Of a stretch of DNA of 64,000 nt, positions 31,001 through 39,579 are shown in pieces. The notes beneath the pieces were generated by a model that saw only the letters and a list, made by a program, of their open reading frames with translations, did no database searches and had not been told where the DNA came from. Location: the NCBI GenBank assembly GCA_963169455.1, contig CAUJDW010000044.1:1244-65243 (forward strand), read 5' to 3'. Origin of the DNA: Bacteroidota bacterium. Lineage in GTDB: Bacteria; Bacteroidota; Bacteroidia; Chitinophagales; Saprospiraceae. A program made the position numbers and the translations under genes. Within the stretch, counting starts at the first letter, position 1; every line of letters starts with the position of its first letter.

Positions 31001-31931
31001 CGAAAGAGGTGGAGGTATAGGCTGCGGCAGGTAAAGGGGCGGCCTGAGCCACCCTGGCGCCGTTGCCCGGGCTGATTTTGAGGAAGTAGTAATTATGGGT
31101 GTCGTAAATGTTTTTCTGCATGACGAATTCCTCCTCGCTCTCGTTGTGCAGCCATTTATCGGGGCCCTCACCATAAAAGAGGATATAATCGCCGGCGTCG
31201 AACCTTCCATCCTCTTCGCCGGCGATGCTTATGGCGTTCTCCTGGAGGTCGTCGATGCGTTCGGCGCCGCCATAAAAAGGCAGCAACCCGCCGCCATTGC
31301 CGTATAATTTGATCTGGCGCGGATCGATGTTGTCGATATCCATGCCCAGCTCGTTCTTCAGAAAGTTATAGCTGAGCTTGTACATGCCGTTGCGGCTGAC
31401 GGCAATTTTGTATATGTCGCCGTCTTTCAGTACGGACTGGTTGGTGTCGTCGGGGTCGCGGAAGCTGATTTCCTGCTGAGGCTGGAGCCTGATGCGGAGG
31501 CTGACCTCCCGGAGGCGCTCATAGCGCCCCCCGCGGCGAACAATGGGCGCGAAAGCTATTTTCCCGAAATAGGATCCGCGTTCCCGCTCCACGCGGGTTT
31601 CGAATTTAAGGCTTTCGCCCAGGTAAGCCGCATCCGCTGCCGTGGGTTCCATGTCGAAGGGCTCGTAGCGGGCTTCGAGTATTTCGGCCTGCAGCAGGCC
31701 GTATTGCTCTACGGGGAAGCGCCGGACAAAAAAGGTAAGCCCCGGGTATTCCGAGCTGCTGGCCCCTCCCTTGAAACCCCATCGCTCGATCTGCTCATTG
31801 CCCAGCGTAAAGGTTTCGGGGGCGTTTTCCCATTGGAATTGATGCCGGATAATCGTGGGCTGCTGGGCCAGGCCCCATCCGATATTCAGCAGGAAGGCGA
31901 TTGCAGCAACGAATTTCTTCATATCTTGCAC
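28029..31931 (-). CDS. porU: T9SS C-terminal signal peptidase/sortase PorU (peptidase C25-like) with its own T9SS CTD
   Basis: Gingipain-like catalytic region (VTYLGHGGPKGW His, FITATCSFTGYDDP Cys). The C-terminus LNYPNPFTDYTCFQFDH...GVYLYKVKV fits a CTD. The porU-porV order is typical. Confidence 0.88.
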   Translation of the reverse strand: MQDMKKFVAAIAFLLNIGWGLAQQPTIIRHQFQWENAPETFTLGNEQIERWGFKGGASSSEYPGLTFFVRRFPVEQYGLLQAEILEARYEPFDMEPTAADAAYLGESLKFETRVERERGSYFGKIAFAPIVRRGGRYERLREVSLRIRLQPQQEISFRDPDDTNQSVLKDGDIYKIAVSRNGMYKLSYNFLKNELGMDIDNIDPRQIKLYGNGGGLLPFYGGAERIDDLQENAISIAGEEDGRFDAGDYILFYGEGPDKWLHNESEEEFVMQKNIYDTHNYYFLKISPGNGARVAQAAPLPAAAYTSTSFDDYARLEDDKVNLLYEWDKAQGSGQSWYGDHFKVARQYNYNGAFSFPNLLTDEPARLRASMALRARVSSRFIVDIAGQTAESSSASSVSSIGSSEDNTRSYASRAILLDTVLLNNSSVSFSVRYPHPQGPGDESEGWLDYLQLNVRRALRMEGAQMAFRDRRTLAFPAATFRLEGAAQNLAVWDITDPLSPVQAPVERNGQQLSFRANTELLREFIAFYPSGELLTAEARGKAPNQNIHAIDDIDLLIIYHRDFEQEALRLARHRAEHDGMTVEIVEIGQVFNEFASGKSDPTAIRDFARMLYQRNERFRHLLLFGDGTFDARDIYGLGGNFIPTYQKESYNPVEAYPSDDYFTLLDSQNPNDPLDGNLSIAVGRLPVKTQEEAAAAVDKIIHYDSSKEVLGDWRNRLIFVGDDNDRSPGFSDIDHYEDADEIAEALNDTIRQLNLEKIYLDAFPQESTPGGERIPLATEQLNKSIFKGALAVTYLGHGGPKGWAQERVLNITDILGWSNYDQMPIFITATCSFTGYDDPTFTTAGEEAFLTRKGGAIALMTTVRAVYASSNVRMTENALDYMFVRSNNSEVPTIGEAFQRGKNDVSGNFNINNSRKFALIGDPSMKIALPKYKVATTHIDSEAVSPLQPDTLRALQRVTIEGEIQALDGSLLSGFNGILYPTIFDKAQQVATLGQGSNKVYNYRIQKNVLFRGRASVTNGRFRFTFVVPRDINYQFGPGKISYYAADETTLEDAAGSYENIIIGGTDPNALADDRGPKVEVYMNTEDFVFGGITNASPTLLAVLEDDNGINVVGNSIGHDLEGVLNGNTQNTYLLNDFYESELDDYTRGRVRYPLSALPEGRHNIRVKAWDVANNSAEGYTEFVVAESEEVALEHVLNYPNPFTDYTCFQFDHNLANQDLEVMVQIFTISGRLVKTIQANMFSDGALRRDDCIEWDGRDDYGGRLGRGVYLYKVKVRAANTGNVVLSGESGFEKLVILK

Positions 31932-32097
31932 GAGTTTGAAATAAAATATGGTTGAGAGCGTATTTTCGTCTTTTCCCGTTGGAAAACCGTTATCAAAACG
32001 TTAAGGCTTCAACCGTATTGCTTGTTAAGAATGGCCGAATTGTCGGCTGGATTTACAAACACATCAAGTCAAAACCGAAAAATCAAAAATATAGCGT

Positions 32098-32169
32098 GTA
32101 AAATGCAAAATGTAAAAGTATGGCCTTGTTCCCACTTTTACATTTTACATTTGGTATTTTACATTTTAC
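32098..32169. repeat. AT-rich 19-bp inverted repeat (1 mismatch, 14-bp spacer) plus a third direct copy of the 13-mer TTTTACATTTTAC
   Basis: Left arm 32101-32119, right arm 32134-32152, direct copy 32157-32169. It lies in the divergent porU / porP-sprF intergenic region. Confidence 0.8.
32126..32153 (+). promoter_or_regulatory. Bacteroidetes sigma-A type promoter for porP/sprF (-33 TTG / 17 nt / -7 TACATTTG)
   Basis: TTG at 32126-32128 and TACATTTG at 32146-32153, 30 nt before ATG 32184. The right palindrome arm covers the spacer and the -7 box. Confidence 0.45.
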
Positions 32170-32183
32170 CCTTTCAAGCGCTT

Positions 32184-33212
32184 ATGCCCATGGCCAGATT
32201 TTTGCTTCTTTTTGTGCTGGAAATGGCGGCTTTGTCTCTGCTGCGGGGGCAGGATCCGGTGTACAGCCAGTTCTTTGCGGCGCCCCTGCAGATCAACCCG
32301 GCATTTGCCGGCGCCACCTCATCGCCCAGGGTGACGGCCAATTACCGCAGCCAGTGGTCCTCCTATCAGGGCGGGTACGAGACGTACTCCGTGGCTTATG
32401 AGCAATCCATAGAATCCCTGAACAGCGGCCTGGGGCTTATGGTTCTGGGCGACGACGAGGGGAACGGCATATACAGCACTACGCGTTTTTCCGCCGTGTA
32501 CGGCTACCGCGTCCGGGTTAATGAGGATGCGGGCATTCGTTTCGGCATCGAGGCAGGCTTTATCCAGCGCCGCCTGGATTGGGACCGGCTCATTCTGCCC
32601 GACCAGATCGACCCCATCGAAGGCCCCACGGGGCCCGGCGGCCCTATTCCTTCTGAAGACCTGCCTCCCGACAACCTCAACCGCTCGGTGGTGGACATCG
32701 GGGCGGGCATTCTGGCCTATGGGCGGCGGGCTTATGGAGGCATTTCCCTGAAGCACCTCAACAGCCCCGACGAGAACCTGCTGGAGGTGAACAACAACCT
32801 GGGCATCGGCATCCCCTTGCGGCTCACGGTGCACGGCGGCGTCGAAATCCCTTTACAGGCGGGCAATAATCGGCGGGAAGAGGCGTTCATATCACCGAAC
32901 CTGCTAATAATGAAGCAGGGAGAATTTGCTCAAGTCAACGGCGGTGCGTATTTTGGCCTCGGCAAATTCTTTGCCGGCGCCTGGTACAGGCACACTATCA
33001 ACAACGTTGACGCAGCTATAGCCCTCGCCGGCCTGCGGCATGGAATATTTAGATTGGGTTATAGTTTCGATTTTACGTTGAGTAGATTAAATTTGCAGCG
33101 TAGCGGAGGATCCCACGAGTTGTCGCTGACCATCAATTTCGACGACAGCGAGGAAGCCAGAAGGCGCCGGAGTTCTGCCCGTTACAACGATTGCTTTAAG
33201 ATGTTCAATTAG
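32184..33212 (+). CDS. T9SS membrane protein, PorP/SprF family
   Basis: Hallmark N-terminus QDPVYSQFFAAPLQINPAFAG and the C-terminal GSHELSLTINF beta-barrel end. Confidence 0.85.
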   Translation: MPMARFLLLFVLEMAALSLLRGQDPVYSQFFAAPLQINPAFAGATSSPRVTANYRSQWSSYQGGYETYSVAYEQSIESLNSGLGLMVLGDDEGNGIYSTTRFSAVYGYRVRVNEDAGIRFGIEAGFIQRRLDWDRLILPDQIDPIEGPTGPGGPIPSEDLPPDNLNRSVVDIGAGILAYGRRAYGGISLKHLNSPDENLLEVNNNLGIGIPLRLTVHGGVEIPLQAGNNRREEAFISPNLLIMKQGEFAQVNGGAYFGLGKFFAGAWYRHTINNVDAAIALAGLRHGIFRLGYSFDFTLSRLNLQRSGGSHELSLTINFDDSEEARRRRSSARYNDCFKMFN

Positions 33213-33589
33213 GATTTTTGAAGGAAAACTGTGGCTCGCCACAATTAATTCACATTAAATCTCCAACGCCCTTTGCCCTTTGGGGTTTGAGGGCGCGCAT
33301 CCAACACTGAATGCCCCCGGCCTGCCCCGGCTTCGCTTCCGTGCGGGAACGAGCCTGGGTGTTTTGGCTTTATTCTGCCTTTTTGCGGAATACCTGAAGG
33401 GTGCGGGTTCGGCGGGCGGGAGCCCGGCAGTTTTCCAAAATCAAAGCCTGTTTGCCTGTTTTCCGGGCCGGAAACTTGCCTGCGCAAGTGTTAAATTCCG
33501 GAAAATGAACCGCCTCCGGGCGCTAAGGAAGTCATAAGATGCATTATTGTCTATATTTGTTGGTCGATTCTCAAAAACAATCTCCTGCA

Positions 33590-35092
33590 ATGAAAAATCT
33601 GCTGAAGTTTGGTTCCATCCTGTTAGGAGCAGTACTCATACTTAGTTCCTGCAGCAGCAAGGAGCGCTCAGCCACTACGGGCTGGAAGTATAACGACACC
33701 AAGTGGGGTGGCTTTGAAAAACTGGATTACGAAGGCCAGATCGCCGGCCCCAATCTGGTATTGATCGAAGGCGGTACTTTTACCATGGGCCTGACCGAGC
33801 AGGACGTTACCTTCGACTGGAACAACGTCGCCCGCCGCGTCACGGTTTCTTCCTTTTATATGGATGAAACGGAAGTGTCCAATATCGACTACCGTGAATA
33901 CCTTTACTGGATACAGCGGGTCTTCGGCGAATCCTACCCGGAAGTTTACCGCGACGCCCTGCCCGATTCCCTGGTATGGCGCGAAGAACTGGCCTACAAC
34001 GAGCCCTTCGTGGAAACTTACTTCCGCCACCCCTCCTACGATGACTATCCCGTAGTCGGCGTGAGCTGGGTACAGGCAACCGAGTTCGCCAGATGGCGCA
34101 CCGACCGCGTGAATGAAATGCTGCTGATCGAGAAGGGGATCCTCAACCCCAATACCGAACAGAAGGATGAGGACAACTTCAACACCGATTCCTACCTCGT
34201 CGGGCAGTATCAGGGCGATGTCCGCAAAAACCTCAAAGACCTGCGCACCGGCGGTGAACGCCCCGTCCGCTTCGAGGACGGCATCCTGCTTCCGGAATAC
34301 CGCCTGCCGACGGAAGCCGAATGGGAATATGCGGCGCTGGCCCTCCAGGGCAACCAAACTTCAGAAAAAGACGAGCGCATCTCCGACCGCCGCTTCTATC
34401 CCTGGGATGGCAATACGGTCCGGTATCAGAAGCGCGATAAATATCAGGGCGAAATCCTGGCCAACTTCAAGCGGGGCGCCGGCGACTACATGGGTATGGC
34501 CGGTAAGCTGAACGACGACGCGCACATCCCCGCACCGGTGCGTTCTTTCCTGCCCAACGACTTCGGGCTGTACAATATGGCCGGCAACGTCAATGAGTGG
34601 GTGCTCGACCTCTACAGGCCGCTGACCAGCACCACCCTGAGTGACGTGCAAAACCACGACCTCAACCCCTACCGCGGGGGCCAGTTCCAGAAAAAAGAAC
34701 TGGACGAGGACGGCCGCCCCGTAGAAAAGGACAGCCTCGGCCGCCTGCGTTACGCCTACGTGACGGATGAAGAAGCGGCTACGCGCGACAACTACAAAAC
34801 GGGCCAGGTTTACAACTACCTCGACGGCGATAAGCAATCGCAGGCTTATTACGATTTCGGCAAGCACACCCTCATCAGCGACAAATCGCGCGTGTTCAAG
34901 GGTGGCTCCTGGGCCGACCGCGCCTTCTGGCTGTCTCCGGGCGCCCGCCGCTTCCTGGACGAGGACAAATCCTCGCGCACTATCGGCTTCCGCTGCGCCA
35001 TGACCCGCACGGGCTCGCCCAGCGGAAATGAAGATGTCGGCGGCAACCAGTTCCGCACCAAACGGACGCGGGGAGAGCGGAGGAAATTCTGA
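33590..35092 (+). CDS. gldJ: Gliding motility lipoprotein GldJ (FGE/SUMF1-like fold)
   Basis: Lipobox ILSSCSS, then SATTGWKYNDTKWGGFE and LIEGGTFTMG. FGE-type motifs GNVNEWVLD and RVFKGGSW. It is followed by murF, as I recall for Flavobacterium johnsoniae. A -7 box TATATTTG lies at 33552-33559. Confidence 0.85.
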   Translation: MKNLLKFGSILLGAVLILSSCSSKERSATTGWKYNDTKWGGFEKLDYEGQIAGPNLVLIEGGTFTMGLTEQDVTFDWNNVARRVTVSSFYMDETEVSNIDYREYLYWIQRVFGESYPEVYRDALPDSLVWREELAYNEPFVETYFRHPSYDDYPVVGVSWVQATEFARWRTDRVNEMLLIEKGILNPNTEQKDEDNFNTDSYLVGQYQGDVRKNLKDLRTGGERPVRFEDGILLPEYRLPTEAEWEYAALALQGNQTSEKDERISDRRFYPWDGNTVRYQKRDKYQGEILANFKRGAGDYMGMAGKLNDDAHIPAPVRSFLPNDFGLYNMAGNVNEWVLDLYRPLTSTTLSDVQNHDLNPYRGGQFQKKELDEDGRPVEKDSLGRLRYAYVTDEEAATRDNYKTGQVYNYLDGDKQSQAYYDFGKHTLISDKSRVFKGGSWADRAFWLSPGARRFLDEDKSSRTIGFRCAMTRTGSPSGNEDVGGNQFRTKRTRGERRKF

Positions 35093-35156
35093 TCTCCCTT
35101 TATCTGAAACGACAATAAAGCACAGAAAAAGCCTCCACCTGATGGGGGCTTTTTCT

Positions 35157-36485
35157 ATGGAAAACCTACCAAAGCGAGTTATGGATATCCGGAACCTATA
35201 CGAGAAATACCTGCAGCACCCCCATGTGGTGACTGATTCCCGGGCGGTGCGGCCGGGGAGCCTGTTTTTTGCCCTGCGGGGCGATCGCTTCGACGGCAAT
35301 CAGTTCGCAGCGCAGGCCCTGGAGGCGGGGGCGGCTTTCGCCGTAATAGATGCGCCCGGCCTGGATTCCGACAACCGTTTCCTGCGGGTGGAAAATGCTC
35401 TGGAGGCCCTTCAGGGGCTGGCGCGCCATCACCGGCGGCAGTTCTCCATCCCCGTCATCGGCATTACAGGAAGCAACGGCAAAACGACGACCAAGGAACT
35501 GGCCAGCGCGGTGCTTGGCAGCCACTTCCGGCTTCACTTTACACAGGGCAATCTCAACAACCACATCGGCGTGCCCCTAACGCTTCTGGCCATGCCGGCC
35601 GATACGGAGGTAGCGGTCATTGAGATGGGCGCCAACCATCAGGGCGAGATCGATCAGTTGTCGCGCATTGCCGAACCGACCCATGGCCTGATCACCAATA
35701 TCGGCAAAGCCCACCTGGAAGGATTCGGCGGCATCGAAGGCGTCAAAAAAGGCAAATCCGAGCTTTACCGCTTTCTTGCGGAAACCGGCGGAACGGTTTT
35801 TGTCAACCGCGATGCCGCCTTTCTGGAAGAACTGGCTGGCCCGGCCGGGAATAAAGTGTTTTACTGCCGAAGCGACGCCCCGAAGCCTGCCGGGCCGGAT
35901 ATCGAGGTCAAACTGCTGGCTACCCAGCCTTTCGTCACGGCTGCTTTCCCGGGCCGGGATGGGGAACTGGTGGAAGTGCGCAGTTGCCTGCCCGGGGCCT
36001 ACAATTTCAGCAACATCATGACGGCCATCGCACTTGGCAAGTACTTCGGCGTGCCCGATGAAAAGATCGCTGGGGCCATAGAGGCCTATGTGCCCGGAAA
36101 CAATCGTTCTCAGGTGCTTCAGCACAATGGCAACACCTACCTGCTGGACGCCTACAACGCCAACCCCACCAGTATGCGGGAGGCGCTGCTGGCCTTTCGC
36201 AATATGGAGGGAGGCCCCAAGCTCGCCATCATCGGCGAGATGCTGGAATTGGGCGCCGAAAGCCCTGCCGAGCACGAGGCCATCGCCCGCCTGGCTGTTT
36301 CCCAGCACTTCGAGGAAGTGGTTTTTGTCGGCAGGGAATTCCAGGCGGCGGCCGAAGCTTTCGCCTGCCGCCATTTTCCCGATGTGGCGGCGCTGAAGGC
36401 CTGGTTCGACGCCCGCAATTATCAGGGGCGTCACATCCTGATCAAGGGGTCGAGGGGCAATCAGCTGGAGAAGCTGCTGGATTGA
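35157..36485 (+). CDS. murF: UDP-N-acetylmuramoyl-tripeptide--D-alanyl-D-alanine ligase
   Basis: DSRAVRPGSLFFAL, P-loop GITGSNGKTTTKE, and DAYNANP. Start ATG 35157; ATG 35181 is also possible. Confidence 0.9.
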   Translation: MENLPKRVMDIRNLYEKYLQHPHVVTDSRAVRPGSLFFALRGDRFDGNQFAAQALEAGAAFAVIDAPGLDSDNRFLRVENALEALQGLARHHRRQFSIPVIGITGSNGKTTTKELASAVLGSHFRLHFTQGNLNNHIGVPLTLLAMPADTEVAVIEMGANHQGEIDQLSRIAEPTHGLITNIGKAHLEGFGGIEGVKKGKSELYRFLAETGGTVFVNRDAAFLEELAGPAGNKVFYCRSDAPKPAGPDIEVKLLATQPFVTAAFPGRDGELVEVRSCLPGAYNFSNIMTAIALGKYFGVPDEKIAGAIEAYVPGNNRSQVLQHNGNTYLLDAYNANPTSMREALLAFRNMEGGPKLAIIGEMLELGAESPAEHEAIARLAVSQHFEEVVFVGREFQAAAEAFACRHFPDVAALKAWFDARNYQGRHILIKGSRGNQLEKLLD

Positions 36486-36553
36486 ACGGCCGCCTGCATG
36501 GAGGAGGAAAACCAAGTTGCCGAAGCAGTTGTTGAATTCTACAAAACCGAAGC

Positions 36554-37753
36554 ATGGCCGCTTCCCTGATTTATTTCGACAATAATGCCACTACGCCCTG
36601 CGACCCCCGCGCCGTAGAGGCCATGCTGCCGTATTTTTTTGAGAAAGCCGGCAATGCGGCCAGCCGCAGCCATCCTTTCGGATGGGAGGCGGAGGAGGCT
36701 GTAAAGCAGGCCCGCGAGCGGGTAGCTCAGCTGATCGGGGCGGAGGCCAGGGAAATCATTTTCACCTCCGGCGCTACCGAGTCCGACAACCTGGCGATAA
36801 AGGGGGTTTTTGAACTGTACCGGCCCAAGGGCCAGCATGTCATTACCGTAAAAACGGAACACAAGGCGGTGCTGGATACCTGCCGGCGGATCGAGAAGCT
36901 GGGCGGAGAAGTAAGCTATCTGGACGTGGGCGAGGACGGGCTTATCAGCCTGGATGCCCTGGAGTCGGCCATCCGGCCCGACACCATCCTGGTGTCCGTC
37001 ATGTGGGCGAACAATGAAACAGGCGTTATTCAGCCCATGGAAGAGATCGGCGCCATTTGCGATAAACACGGCGTGCTGCTGATGAGCGACGCCACGCAGG
37101 CCGTCGGCAAAATAACAGTCAACCCAAGGGCGGCAGGAGTGCACCTCATGGCCTTTTCTGCACATAAGATGTACGGCCCCAAGGGGATAGGCGCGCTCTA
37201 TGTGAGCCGGCGGCAGCCCCGCGTGAAGCTCTCCCCTCTGATCGACGGCGGCGGGCACGAACAGGGCATGCGCTCCGGAACGCTCAATGTGCCGGCCATC
37301 GTCGGCTTCGGCCGGGCGGCGGAACTAGCCGCCGGGGAAATGGAGGCGGAAGGGCAGCGGCTGCGCCGGCTGCGCGACGAGCTGGAGCGCGCGCTCCTGA
37401 GCAGGGTCGAAGAAGCCCATCTCAACGGCAACCCGGAACACCGCCTTCCGCACGTGAGCAATATCGCCTTCCGCCATGCCGAAGCCGAAAGCGTTATGAT
37501 GTCCTTCAAACAGCGTATAGCCCTTTCTTCCGGTTCGGCCTGTACATCCGCTTCCATCGAACCCTCCCATGTGCTCACTGCGATGGGGCGAAGCGCCGAA
37601 ATGGCGCACAGCTCACTCCGCTTCAGCCTGGGGCGCTTCAATACCGAAGAAGAAACCGCCCTCGTGATCGAAGCTGTGGCCGGAGGCGTGGAAAAAGTGC
37701 GGAGCATGAGCCCGGTATGGGAACTGTTCCGCGATGGTATGCTCGACGGGTGA
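36554..37753 (+). CDS. iscS: Cysteine desulfurase (IscS/NifS class I)
   Basis: PLP lysine in SAHKMYGPKGIGALY and catalytic Cys in SSGSACTSAS. Confidence 0.9.
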   Translation: MAASLIYFDNNATTPCDPRAVEAMLPYFFEKAGNAASRSHPFGWEAEEAVKQARERVAQLIGAEAREIIFTSGATESDNLAIKGVFELYRPKGQHVITVKTEHKAVLDTCRRIEKLGGEVSYLDVGEDGLISLDALESAIRPDTILVSVMWANNETGVIQPMEEIGAICDKHGVLLMSDATQAVGKITVNPRAAGVHLMAFSAHKMYGPKGIGALYVSRRQPRVKLSPLIDGGGHEQGMRSGTLNVPAIVGFGRAAELAAGEMEAEGQRLRRLRDELERALLSRVEEAHLNGNPEHRLPHVSNIAFRHAEAESVMMSFKQRIALSSGSACTSASIEPSHVLTAMGRSAEMAHSSLRFSLGRFNTEEETALVIEAVAGGVEKVRSMSPVWELFRDGMLDG

Positions 37754-37819
37754 ACTTGATTTATCCCGATGATGTTTCTATCTTAGCTTTTCAAAATTTT
37801 AAAAGAAAAAGCCAGAGAA

Positions 37820-38146
37820 ATGCTTTTCGTCGCCAACAGCGCAAAAGAAAAAATAAGCGAGATCCGTAGCAAAGAAGGCTACGGGGAGGATTATTTCGTC
37901 CGGGTATGGGTGACCAGCGGAGGCTGTTCCGGGTTGACTTACCAGATGGAGTTTTCCAACGAACCCAGAGCGGATGACCAGGAATTTCTGGATAACGGCG
38001 TGAAAATCGTCACCGACCGGCGCAGCGTGCTCTACCTGTTCAACACCACCCTGGAATTTTCCGGCGGGCTGGACGGCAAGGGCTTCCATTTCAACAACCC
38101 CAATGCCTCGCGAACCTGCGCCTGCGGGGAAAGTTTTTCCGTGTAA
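37820..38146 (+). CDS. A-type iron-sulfur cluster carrier (IscA/HesB/ErpA family)
   Basis: GGCSGLTYQMEF and the C-terminal CACGESFSV. Confidence 0.9.
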   Translation: MLFVANSAKEKISEIRSKEGYGEDYFVRVWVTSGGCSGLTYQMEFSNEPRADDQEFLDNGVKIVTDRRSVLYLFNTTLEFSGGLDGKGFHFNNPNASRTCACGESFSV

Positions 38147-38176
38147 CAGCTGCCTGCAGAGGCACAAAAGGACATG

Positions 38177-38212
38177 GAGCCATTCCGAATTTCGGGATGG
38201 CTCGCGTTTTTT
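38177..38212 (+). terminator. Rho-independent terminator
   Basis: GAGCCATTCCGAA/TTCGGGATGGCTC stem (one G-U pair) followed by GCGTTTTTT. Confidence 0.7.
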
Positions 38213-38407
38213 ATGGAATTGCGGAGATTTTTTCCGAATTTAGACAGTCGGAACCAATGGTTTGAACAGATATTATGGATAGAGACATTCCTCCGTCGCA
38301 GCCGCGAGCTTTTACCCGCGTATTTTTCCCTGGGATTATAGCCTTTGGCGTTTCTTCCGCCCCTCTTCTTTGCATTGATTATCTAATGTGTTAATCCCGG
38401 CATTCCC

Positions 38408-39562
38408 ATGTTACGCATCGGTTACGACGCAAAGCAATTATTCAACAACTTCGCCGGGCTGGGCAGTTACAGCCGCACCTTGTTGGCCAACCTGGCGGAA
38501 TACTACCCCGACAATGCCTATTTTCTCTATACCTCCCGCATTACGCGCCGCGAGGATACCTCTTTCTTCCTGGCCAGCGCGCTTTACAGCGTGCAGTTGC
38601 CCCGTCACGGGCCTATGCCTTTCTGGAGTGCGGCAGGCATAAAAGGAAATATGCGAAAGCATCGGATCGGCTTGTTTCACGGCCTGGCCAACAGCCTGCC
38701 TTTCGGGATGGAAAAGACGGGCATCCGGACGGTCGTCACCATCCACGACCTGGCTTTTTTGCACTACCCGCAGCATTATGGGCTGTTCCATCGGAGAATG
38801 CTCGACATCAGGCACCGCTATGCCTGCCGCCATGCGGGGCATATCGTCGCCATCAGCGAAAGCACCAAGCGGGATATTGTGCATTTCTATGGCATCGATC
38901 CGGAAAAGATCACCGTGATCTACCAGTCCTGCAGCGAGCGTTTTCTGCAGGAGCGTGCCCAGAAAACCATCGAAGCGGTGCGGCGGCGGCACCAATTGCC
39001 GGAGGAATACCTGCTGACGGTAGGGGCCATCACGGCCCGTAAGAACCTGATGGGCATGGTGCGCGCTCTGCAGTTGGTGCCTGAAAGCCTGCGGTTGCCC
39101 CTTGTAGTCGCCGGCGCCGGCGGCGGCTACAAGGCCAGGGTGCAGCGTTTTATCCAGCAGAACCGCATGGAAAAGTGGGTGCATTTCATCGAGGCCTCTT
39201 TTCGGGATTTGCCGGCCATTTATCAGGATGCTTCCCTTTTCCTTTATCCTTCTTTTTTTGAAGGATTTGGGCTGCCTGTTCTGGAAGCCCAGTTCAGCGA
39301 GGTGCCGGTTCTGACATCCAATACCTCTTCTTTGCCCGAGGCCGGCGGCCCGGGCGCCCACCTGGCCGACCCTTCGCAACCGGAACAGATCGCCGCCGGC
39401 ATCGAAAGGATACTCACGGACCAGGCTTACAGGGATGAACTGGTGGAAAAAGGATATGAGCACGCCCGGCAGTTCCGCGGGGAACCCCTGGCCAGGCAGA
39501 TGATGGAGCTGTATAAAAGCGTTGCAGGCGGAGGGCATACGGAGCCGGAGCCGATTACCTGA
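38408..39562 (+). CDS. Glycosyltransferase family 4 (GT-B)
   Basis: EGFGLPVLEAQ motif and the typical GT4 layout. Confidence 0.85.
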   Translation: MLRIGYDAKQLFNNFAGLGSYSRTLLANLAEYYPDNAYFLYTSRITRREDTSFFLASALYSVQLPRHGPMPFWSAAGIKGNMRKHRIGLFHGLANSLPFGMEKTGIRTVVTIHDLAFLHYPQHYGLFHRRMLDIRHRYACRHAGHIVAISESTKRDIVHFYGIDPEKITVIYQSCSERFLQERAQKTIEAVRRRHQLPEEYLLTVGAITARKNLMGMVRALQLVPESLRLPLVVAGAGGGYKARVQRFIQQNRMEKWVHFIEASFRDLPAIYQDASLFLYPSFFEGFGLPVLEAQFSEVPVLTSNTSSLPEAGGPGAHLADPSQPEQIAAGIERILTDQAYRDELVEKGYEHARQFRGEPLARQMMELYKSVAGGGHTEPEPIT

Positions 39563-39579
39563 GTAAGTCAAAATGTATA

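Noticed and set aside
33213-33589. A possible ncRNA or small gene in the 378-bp porP-gldJ gap.
   Set aside because: I found no convincing ORF, RNA-family motif or strong structure by eye. Only a -7 box (TATATTTG, 33552-33559) is worth noting.
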